Part shown: piece by piece, positions 9,821 through 17,158 of the stretch | Layout: every line of letters begins with the position of its first letter | How positions within the stretch are numbered: position 1 is the first letter of the stretch | The notes under the pieces: generated by a model | Told to the model about the DNA's origin: nothing | The model's database searches: none | What the model saw: the letters and a program-made list of their open reading frames with translations, nothing else | Position numbers and translations under genes: made by a program | DNA from: an uncultured Bacteroidales bacterium | Lineage (GTDB): Bacteria; Bacteroidota; Bacteroidia; Bacteroidales; SZUA-534 | Direction: 5' to 3' | Assembly (NCBI GenBank): GCA_902790595.1 | Contig: CADASL010000007.1 | Coordinates: 30,200 to 94,199 of the forward strand | DNA: 64,000 bases

Positions 9821-10465
9821 ATGGAAAACGCATTAGTTTGGTTAAAAAGAATCAGGAACACAATCGGGTTCCTTGGTATGTTACTTCCCTGGATAGCACT
9901 GTTGGGAACATTTTTGGCATCAAAACATATTGATATAACTCCTACTTTTTGGAAGGAACTTTCCATTTCAGCCACCTACTATGTTACCCCGGCTCTTACT
10001 GGAATACTGACAACGGCTGCTGTTGTTTTAATATGTTATTATGGATATGGTCCAGAAGACGACATTCCAACTACCGCAGCGGGTGTATTTGGGTTAATGA
10101 TCGTACTATTTCCTTGCAGCTGTGACCTTTCTGCTGGTAAAATTGTAGGTTTCTTTCAATTGCAAGCTGAAACATCTCACATCATACACTGTATATCTGC
10201 GGTTTGCTTCTTTCTGTTACTTTCTTATATCAGTCTTTTCTTGTTTACCAAAAGCTATCCTGACAAGGAACAAACCGCACAAAAGAAGACGAGAAACAAA
10301 ATTTATATTACCTGCGGAATCGGAATGCTGGCGGCTTTAATCCTAATGCCCCTGCACATAGATTTTTACGCAAAGACTTTTATTGTAGAGGCAATCGCAC
10401 TCACCTTCTTCGGCATAAGCTGGCTTGTGAAAGGACAAGTGTTCGGGCTTTTTGCGGATAAATAA
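9821..10465 (+). CDS. Multi-pass membrane protein of unknown function
   Basis: About six hydrophobic helices. ATG at 9821 (MENALVWLKRIRN). Its last 24 codons are duplicated at 14101-14175. Confidence 0.7.
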   Translation: MENALVWLKRIRNTIGFLGMLLPWIALLGTFLASKHIDITPTFWKELSISATYYVTPALTGILTTAAVVLICYYGYGPEDDIPTTAAGVFGLMIVLFPCSCDLSAGKIVGFFQLQAETSHIIHCISAVCFFLLLSYISLFLFTKSYPDKEQTAQKKTRNKIYITCGIGMLAALILMPLHIDFYAKTFIVEAIALTFFGISWLVKGQVFGLFADK

Positions 10466-10468
10466 TTG
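10392..10468 (+). repeat. Left copy of a 77-nt direct repeat (3' end of the membrane-protein gene)
   Basis: Recurs at 14102-14178, offset 3710 nt. Over the 74 nt of the repeat up to and including the stop codon, 69 positions are identical. Confidence 0.9.
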
Positions 10469-10512
10469 TTGCATAACGGCAATTATGAGTCGAAAAACAC
10501 AGCAGGAGTATT

Positions 10513-11154
10513 ATGAATAATCCGTGGGAAGAGATCAGTTTGGACGATTATGAGAATCATATGAGCCTTGATTCCGTAAAACAACTCCAAGCTATGAATA
10601 AAATAATGGAGGAACAGTTTGATGCATATCCTGCTTCCACGGCTATGGTGCTTGGTGTTGCCGGAGGAAATGGCTTGGAACATATAAGGCGGAATAAGTA
10701 TCAGACCGTTTATGGCGTGGATATTAACGGAGATTATCTTCGCACGGTTTCGGAAAGGTATGCCGACCTGTCGGATGTGCTGAAGTGTTTGAAGATAGAC
10801 CTAATCTATGAAACGGATAAGCTTCCCGAGGCGCAGCTGCTGATAGCAAATCTTCTTATCGAGTATATTGGTTATGATGTATTTCAGAGAGTGATCCGTA
10901 AAGTGAATCCTGAATATGTGTCTTGTGTGATTCAGATTAATACGGATGATAAGCAGTGGGTATCAGATTCGCCTTATCTACACGCTTTTGACAGGCTTGA
11001 TGAGGTACATCATCAGATGGACGGGAATCTTCTTTCGACAAAATTGATGGAGATAGGGTATAAAGAGATACTTCAAAAAAGGACCGCACTTCCTAATGGA
11101 AAGGCATTATTAAGAATGGATTTCATAAAAGGACAACAAACAAAGGAGGAGTAA
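10513..11154 (+). CDS. Class I SAM-dependent methyltransferase
   Basis: VLGVAGGNGLEHI glycine-rich SAM motif followed by the acidic YGVDIN loop. AGGAG lies 4 nt upstream of the ATG. Confidence 0.75.
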   Translation: MNNPWEEISLDDYENHMSLDSVKQLQAMNKIMEEQFDAYPASTAMVLGVAGGNGLEHIRRNKYQTVYGVDINGDYLRTVSERYADLSDVLKCLKIDLIYETDKLPEAQLLIANLLIEYIGYDVFQRVIRKVNPEYVSCVIQINTDDKQWVSDSPYLHAFDRLDEVHHQMDGNLLSTKLMEIGYKEILQKRTALPNGKALLRMDFIKGQQTKEE

Positions 11155-11703
11155 ATGATACTATTAGTTGTAGATACCCAAAAGGGCTGTTTTGACGAAA
11201 GGTTATATTCGTTTGAAAGGGTAAGAAAAAATATAAAACAGTTAATTACTATAGCAAGAGAGAATAATGTTGAGGTTGTATATGTTCAGCACGATGACGG
11301 CCCTGGTTCTGGTCTGGACAAAGCAACGGATAACTATGAGATATATGAAGATTTTGCACCGAGGAAAGATGAAAGGCGTTTTGAAAAGAATGTAAACAGT
11401 GCTTTTCATCCTATGACAGGATTGACAGAATATCTGCAGTCTAAGGGGGAAAAAGATATTATAACAATCGGAGTGTCAACAGATTATTGTATGGATGCAA
11501 CGATTAAAAGCGGTTTTGAAAAAGGCTTCAACTTATTTGTTCCTTCATACACAAACTCAACCTATGATAATCCGTATTTTGATAAGGAAACTGCCTACAA
11601 GTATTTTAATGAATTTATGTGGGGAACACGTTATGCGAAGATAATTACTGTTGAACAAGCTATCCAACTTTTACAATCCAAAATATCAACTACGGATATA
11701 TAA
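11155..11703 (+). CDS. Isochorismatase-family cysteine hydrolase
   Basis: LLVVDTQ (Asp), EKNVNSAF (Lys) and VSTDYCMDAT (Cys) form the family triad pattern. The ATG directly abuts the upstream stop, and AAGGAGG lies 5 nt upstream. Confidence 0.8.
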   Translation: MILLVVDTQKGCFDERLYSFERVRKNIKQLITIARENNVEVVYVQHDDGPGSGLDKATDNYEIYEDFAPRKDERRFEKNVNSAFHPMTGLTEYLQSKGEKDIITIGVSTDYCMDATIKSGFEKGFNLFVPSYTNSTYDNPYFDKETAYKYFNEFMWGTRYAKIITVEQAIQLLQSKISTTDI

Positions 11704-11755
11704 ATAGTATTACGAACTAATAGAAAGTAATTTAATAGTTGGGCTTGTTTTGCAA

Positions 11756-12307
11756 ATGATTTACGTCAAAGCCACATCAAACCAAATTGATGAAATAATG
11801 GCGGTTTATTCCGCGGCCATAACCGCGATGGAAAATTCGGGCATTCACCAATGGGACGAGATTTATCCTGACAAAACCACTATTGCCAACGACATTTGCA
11901 AAAATCAAATGTATGTCGGAATAATTGACAATAAAATTGCCGTTTGCTTTGCGTTGAGTGAAGATTGCGACGAACAATATAAAAACGGCAAATGGGCATA
12001 CCCTAACTCAAAATTCTGTGTTATTCATCGATTGTGCGTCTCGCCCGAGTTTCAGCATAAGGGAATTGCGTCTCAAGCAATGTCATATATCGAAAAACTT
12101 TGTAAATCTGTTGGATACAATTCAATCCGTTTAGATTGTTTTACACTCAATCCGTATTCAAAAAGACTTTATGATAAGGCTGGTTACAAAGTAGTCGGTT
12201 ATGCGGATTGGCGCAAAGGCAGGTTTGAATTGAGAGAGAAGATTCTCCAAAATCTCGCCGCCGCTCGCCAAAAAGCCACGTCCCGAACCGATAATACGGC
12301 TTTGTAA
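11756..12307 (+). CDS. GNAT family N-acetyltransferase
   Basis: RLCVSPEFQHKGIASQAM acetyl-CoA-binding motif A (Q/RxxGxA). ATG at 11756; the ORF-track start at 11750 is TTG. Confidence 0.85.
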   Translation: MIYVKATSNQIDEIMAVYSAAITAMENSGIHQWDEIYPDKTTIANDICKNQMYVGIIDNKIAVCFALSEDCDEQYKNGKWAYPNSKFCVIHRLCVSPEFQHKGIASQAMSYIEKLCKSVGYNSIRLDCFTLNPYSKRLYDKAGYKVVGYADWRKGRFELREKILQNLAAARQKATSRTDNTAL

Positions 12308-12689
12308 AACGCTGATTATCATTGGCATTGGGAATGTTGCTGTTTTGGTACACATTAATAATCAGCCAATTAGCTCCACAAAACAGATTTTATGGCGTTT
12401 TTCCGATTCTATTTTCAGCAAAAAATCAAAAAAATCACAAACGTTTGAATCGTGTTTATAACACTGAATATCAGAGTGTAACAAAACGGCAACACTGTTA
12501 AGATTTTGTCATTGCAAACCACTTATCAATTTGAATATCAAAAACATAAATAGCAACACACATTTAAAAACACTGAACGTCAAATTGTTAACTGCGTTAG
12601 ATTTGTCAGTGACAAGTTCAGAGAACGGAACAGAATTGTTTTGTAAAGATTTTAAAACGTAAATAATAACATTAGAGAGGTTTTTTATT

Positions 12690-14093
12690 ATGCAAGAGAA
12701 TTTTTTTGAATCAGTATCAAAGCCATTGAGGAATAAATTGATATTTGAGATGGCGAAAGAGTATGCATTTGATTATATAGATGGAATTTCAGAGCGGAAT
12801 GTGTATCCAAAGGAGGAGGATTTACTAAAGCTTAAGAGTTTTTATGAACCTCTACCTCAAATCGGTACAGATGAAGAGGAAATTTTGTCAACGCTTCATC
12901 TGAATGGTTCGCCCAATACATTAGCGCAGACCGGTGGAAGATATTATGGATTTGTGAATGGCGGTGCGTTACCGGTCACACTTGCAGTCAGGTGGCTGAC
13001 TGATGTTTGGGATCAGAATTCCGTACTCTATGTTGCATCACCTGTTGCAGGCGTAATTGAAGAAGTATGTGAGAAATGGATTGTTGATTTATTTGAACTT
13101 CCCGCAGAAACTGCGATGGGATTGGTGGGCGGTTCTTCGGATGCTTCTCTATGTGCACTGACCGTTGCACGAAATACCATATTGGAACGTAACGGCTACA
13201 ATATTTATGAAAATGGATTAATGGGTGCCCCTGAGATTCGTGTTGTATTAAGTGAAAATGCTCACGCAACCATCTTCAAAGCCTTATCTGTTTTGGGAAT
13301 CGGTTCCAAGAATATAATCAAGGTTGAGTCAAATCCGGATGGGACAATGCGTTTGGATAAGTTGCCTGAATTAGATGAAAAAACGATTCTGATTCTTCAA
13401 GCCGGCAATGTAAATACAGGAGCATTCGATCAGTTCGATACACTCTGTGATCTGGCCAATGAAAAGAATGCCTGGATCCATATTGATGGAGCGTTTGGAC
13501 TATGGGCAAAAACAAGCAAGGTATATGCTTATCTGGCAAAGGGAATGGAAAAGGCTACTTCGTGGTCTGTCGATGCACATAAAACATTAAATGTTCCATA
13601 CGATTGCGGAATTGTTCTTTGCAAATACCGGGATGCTTTCTGCAAAGCATTACAAGCAAATGGAGCCTACATCATTTACAGTGGGAAACGAGATGGTATG
13701 CTATATACAACGGCTATGTCAAGAAGAGCAAGAGCTTTCGAATTGTGGGCTGCAATTAAGTACTTAGGCAAAGAAGGAATTGCAACTCTTGTGGAAACTC
13801 TTTGTAGGAATGCAAAAACCTTTGCCGGACGACTGTCACAACTTGGATTTACGATACTGAATGATGTTGTGTATAATCAAGTACTGATACAGTACGTAGA
13901 TGATGAGATGACAAAACGTGTTCTTGAATATGTGCAAAATGATCGTGTGTGCTGGTGTGGCCCGACACAATGGAAAGGAAAAATGGCAATCCGATTAAGT
14001 GTATGCTCTTGGGCGACCACGAAGGAAGATATTGAATTGTGTGTCGATAGTTTTAAAAGAGGAATTGAATATACAAGAGAGAATATCTTTTAA
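12690..14093 (+). CDS. PLP-dependent group II (aspartate aminotransferase fold) decarboxylase
   Basis: 467 aa. SVDAHKTLNVPYDCG carries the PLP-lysine motif (S-x-D-x-H-K) of group II decarboxylases. GAGAGG lies 9 nt upstream of the ATG. Confidence 0.8.
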   Translation: MQENFFESVSKPLRNKLIFEMAKEYAFDYIDGISERNVYPKEEDLLKLKSFYEPLPQIGTDEEEILSTLHLNGSPNTLAQTGGRYYGFVNGGALPVTLAVRWLTDVWDQNSVLYVASPVAGVIEEVCEKWIVDLFELPAETAMGLVGGSSDASLCALTVARNTILERNGYNIYENGLMGAPEIRVVLSENAHATIFKALSVLGIGSKNIIKVESNPDGTMRLDKLPELDEKTILILQAGNVNTGAFDQFDTLCDLANEKNAWIHIDGAFGLWAKTSKVYAYLAKGMEKATSWSVDAHKTLNVPYDCGIVLCKYRDAFCKALQANGAYIIYSGKRDGMLYTTAMSRRARAFELWAAIKYLGKEGIATLVETLCRNAKTFAGRLSQLGFTILNDVVYNQVLIQYVDDEMTKRVLEYVQNDRVCWCGPTQWKGKMAIRLSVCSWATTKEDIELCVDSFKRGIEYTRENIF

Positions 14094-14100
14094 TGTTTAA

Positions 14101-14175
14101 ACAATCGCTCTCACATTCTTCGGCATAAGTTGGCTTGTGAAAGGACAGGTGTTCGGGCTTTTTGCGGATAAATAG
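14101..14175 (+). pseudogene. Displaced 3' fragment (24 codons plus stop) of the 9821-10465 membrane-protein gene; right copy of the direct repeat
   Basis: Translates in frame to TIALTFFGISWLVKGQVFGLFADK*, against AIALTFFGISWLVKGQVFGLFADK* in the intact gene. There is no upstream coding continuation. Confidence 0.85.
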
Positions 14176-14297
14176 TTGCGCAACCATAAAATTGGCAAGC
14201 CTTGCTGATTGTGTACGGCATAATCGCCCTTGATATTAACGAATATCGCGGCGGAATCGGCTAAAAATTCATTGATTCCGCCCTTATTCTTAACAAT

Positions 14298-14345
14298 CGC
14301 GGCGGAATCGAGCAAAAAATCGTCGATTCCGCCGCGTTTTTTTTT
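14298..14345 (+). terminator. Rho-independent terminator; second of two tandem hairpin modules
   Basis: CGCGGCGGAATCGA...TCGATTCCGCCGCG stem of about 14 bp followed by a T-run of about 10. A weaker copy of the module lies at 14246-14283. Confidence 0.75.
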
Positions 14346-14377
14346 GCTAAAGACGAAAATAGTTTGTCATTTATGAC

Positions 14378-15595
14378 TCATTTGTAAATTACCCAATCGA
14401 ATTGTGGTTTAGCAATATAATTTCCTTGCTTGTCAATTATGCCCCATTTATTATTTACTTGAACAAAAATGATATTGTTGTATGTTTTTAAGAAATCAAA
14501 ACGAGGGGTTATAACTATTTCACCCTTTTTATTGATACACCCGTATTTGTTTTTTAATTTAATACGAGCCAAGCCATTATCTTCAAAATCCCAAGCATTA
14601 TCAAATTGCAGCCTAATAACTACCTTCCCGTTTTTATCAATAAATCCATGCTTGTCGTTTAGTTCCACATGGGCTATCCCATTGTTTGCATAATCCCAAG
14701 CATAGTCATATTGTAAATCGACTACCATTTTGCCTGTTTTGTCAACAAATCCATATTTGTCATTTAATTTGACAACAGCCAAGCCAATGCTTGTAAAATA
14801 CTCTGCCCAATCGAATTGTGGTTCAATAACAATTTTTCCGTTTTCGTCAACATATCCCCATTTACCATCTATTTTTACACGAGTCAAGTCTGTGTCTTTA
14901 AAATTCCCAGCATCGTCAAATTGGGGTTCGATAACGATATTACCGGTTTTATCAATAAAACCTATTTTGCCTCTTAATAATACGCGCGCCAAACCATTGT
15001 TTGAAAAAGGAGAAGCATAGCCGAACATCGGTTCGATAACCATTTGACCGGTTGTATCAACGTATCCCCAAAGTCCCTTACGAACGGAAGCCAATCCATT
15101 ACTAAAAGAAGATCCAGTGAAAAACTGCGGCTCAACGACCATTTTACCGGTTTTATCAATAAATCCCCATTTACCATCTTTTTTCACAAATGCCAAGCCA
15201 ACGTCATAATAATCTATAGCATCATCAAACTGTGGTTTAATAATTATTTCACCGGTTTCGTCTATATATCCATATTTCCCACTTGATTTGACAAGAGCCA
15301 AGCCACTGTTTGAAAAATTAGAAACCCTGTCAAACTGTGGCTCAATAACGGTTTTGCCTGTTTTATCGACAAATCCATATTTGCCATCTAATAATATACG
15401 AGCCAACCCGTTATTAGGAAAATAATAAGCATCGTCAAATTGCGGTTTGATAATCCAATTGCCTTTCTTGTCGATATAGCCACTCTTACCATCAATTCCG
15501 GCAGGAATTAATAAATTGTCACTATTAGTGTTTTGTCCAGTGGCAAAATTTGCAGTAACAAACAGCAAACAGAGCGTTAAAATATTAGGTTTCAT
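14378..15595 (-). CDS. WG-repeat (KWG) protein, secreted, about 11 tandem 35-aa repeats
   Basis: Signal peptide MKPNILTLCLLFVTANFATGQ, then repeats of the type GKYGFVDKTGKxVIEPQFDxAxxFSNNGLARVKL. The locus is AT-rich. Confidence 0.85.
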   Translation of the reverse strand: MKPNILTLCLLFVTANFATGQNTNSDNLLIPAGIDGKSGYIDKKGNWIIKPQFDDAYYFPNNGLARILLDGKYGFVDKTGKTVIEPQFDRVSNFSNSGLALVKSSGKYGYIDETGEIIIKPQFDDAIDYYDVGLAFVKKDGKWGFIDKTGKMVVEPQFFTGSSFSNGLASVRKGLWGYVDTTGQMVIEPMFGYASPFSNNGLARVLLRGKIGFIDKTGNIVIEPQFDDAGNFKDTDLTRVKIDGKWGYVDENGKIVIEPQFDWAEYFTSIGLAVVKLNDKYGFVDKTGKMVVDLQYDYAWDYANNGIAHVELNDKHGFIDKNGKVVIRLQFDNAWDFEDNGLARIKLKNKYGCINKKGEIVITPRFDFLKTYNNIIFVQVNNKWGIIDKQGNYIAKPQFDWVIYK

Positions 15596-15846
15596 TCTTT
15601 TATATGCACAAAATTTAGTATTAGAACAATTAAGGTTTTTATATTAATATGTAACATTAAAACACAATAATAGGAAAAATATCTTTTAAGAATGCTATAT
15701 ACTTGCTACATGATAAAGTATTTGTAACCCCAAACCTAAATTCGTTGAAAAAATCCGTTGTCTGTAGTCCGAAGTCTATTGTCCCGAAAAAAACTGCGTC
15801 ATTAAAAGAAAATTTATAATTTGCCGTTCATTAAAAACCGACGATT

Positions 15847-17046
15847 ATGAATTATATACTCTTCGACGACAGCACTTGGGACGAATTGCTTCCCTTGACC
15901 TTCACTCGGCCGACAGCCGAAATCCGTGTGGGAATTCTGACCATTCGCGAGAAGTGGGAAAAATATCTGGCTGGCGAGCCATTGTCGTACTGCACAAGGC
16001 CGCATCTGCGGGCAAAGTTCCCAATGACGGTTGGTGCCGACAATATTTTCATCAACGGCACGGTGATTCCGACGGCCGAACTGCTGGCCGAACTCGAGGA
16101 ACTGCAACCTGGGCAGGCGCTGGTGTGCGACGATTCGGTGACGGCCATCCGTTTGGATAAGGCGCAGGCCGAACGCTTCGACCCGACACGCATCGCCTTC
16201 AAGGACTATACGCAGCAAATATCTGAATGTCATCGCGTTGAGCATCTGTCAGACATCTTCCGCAACAACGGCGACGCCATTGAGCACGATTTCCGCATCA
16301 TCACCAAAGGGCGCAAATCGGCACAGTTGAGCGCCACAAACCGCATCATCGGCTCGGGCGACATTTTTGTTGAGCACGGCGCGGTGGTTGAGTGCTGCAT
16401 TCTGAACACCACCAACGGCCCCATCTACATCGGTCGCAACAGCGAGATTATGGAAGGCTCGTGCATCCGCGGGCCGTTTGCGCTCTGCACGGGCTCGGTG
16501 GTGAAAATGGGCGCGAAGATTTACGGGCCGACAACCGTGGGACCGCACTCGAAGGTGGGCGGCGAACTGAACAACGTTGTGATTTTCGGCAACAGCAACA
16601 AGGCTCACGACGGATTTTTGGGCAACACCGTGGTTGGCGAATGGTGCAATTTCGGCGCCGACACCAACTGCTCGAACCTTAAAAACGATTATTCCGAAGT
16701 GCGCCAATGGAACTATCCTGCGGGGAAATTCATCAAGACGGGGCTGCAGTTCTGCGGCCTTGTAATGGGCGACTACAGCCGCACGGCCATCAACACAATG
16801 CTGAACACGGGAACGGTGGTTGGCGTGGGCGCAAACATCTATGGTTCAGGCTTTCCGCGGAATTTTGTGCCATCGTTTATGTGGGGCGGTTCGGCTGGAT
16901 TCAAGCCCTGTACGCCCGAAACGCTGTGCCAAGTTGCCGAACGTGTTCTGGCTCGCCGAGGCCTGCAGTTGAGCGACATCGACCGCCAACTGATTGCCGA
17001 CGTCTTCGGCTTGACCGCGAAATACAGAGGAGGATATAAGAGTTAA
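15847..17046 (+). CDS. GlmU-like sugar-phosphate nucleotidyltransferase / left-handed beta-helix (hexapeptide) family protein
   Basis: The C-terminal half is rich in hexapeptide-type repeats (IGRNSEIMEGSCIRGP, VGPHSKVGGELNNVVIFGNS). The N-terminal region is nucleotidyltransferase-like. Confidence 0.65.
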   Translation: MNYILFDDSTWDELLPLTFTRPTAEIRVGILTIREKWEKYLAGEPLSYCTRPHLRAKFPMTVGADNIFINGTVIPTAELLAELEELQPGQALVCDDSVTAIRLDKAQAERFDPTRIAFKDYTQQISECHRVEHLSDIFRNNGDAIEHDFRIITKGRKSAQLSATNRIIGSGDIFVEHGAVVECCILNTTNGPIYIGRNSEIMEGSCIRGPFALCTGSVVKMGAKIYGPTTVGPHSKVGGELNNVVIFGNSNKAHDGFLGNTVVGEWCNFGADTNCSNLKNDYSEVRQWNYPAGKFIKTGLQFCGLVMGDYSRTAINTMLNTGTVVGVGANIYGSGFPRNFVPSFMWGGSAGFKPCTPETLCQVAERVLARRGLQLSDIDRQLIADVFGLTAKYRGGYKS

Positions 17047-17049
17047 AAG

Positions 17050-17103
17050 GTTAGAGTTTAGAAGTTTAGAAGTTAAGAAGATTAGAAGTTGAGAGTTAAG
17101 TGT
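17050..17103 (+). repeat. Degenerate purine-rich octamer tandem repeat (TTTAGAAG-like, about 7 units)
   Basis: GTTAGAGTTTAGAAGTTTAGAAGTTAAGAAGATTAGAAGTTGAGAGTTAAGTG, followed at 17121-17152 by a pyrimidine-rich array (AACTAACACCTAATCCCCAACACCTAACACC). Confidence 0.6.
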
Positions 17104-17158
17104 TCCGAATGAATTTTCCCAACTAACACCTAATCCCCAACACCTAACACCATTGAAT

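Noticed and set aside
10470-10482. The 9-mer TTGCATAAC is shared between the left junction of the 10.4-kb cassette and the RAYT inverted repeat (57138-57146).
   Set aside because: A single 9-mer match is expected by chance at roughly this frequency in 2 x 64 kb, and no extended similarity surrounds it.
14378-15595. Strong ~105-nt periodicity that could be mistaken for a CRISPR or satellite array.
   Set aside because: The periodicity lies within one continuous ORF encoding 35-aa WG repeats, the units are diverged at the DNA level, and there is no repeat/spacer structure.
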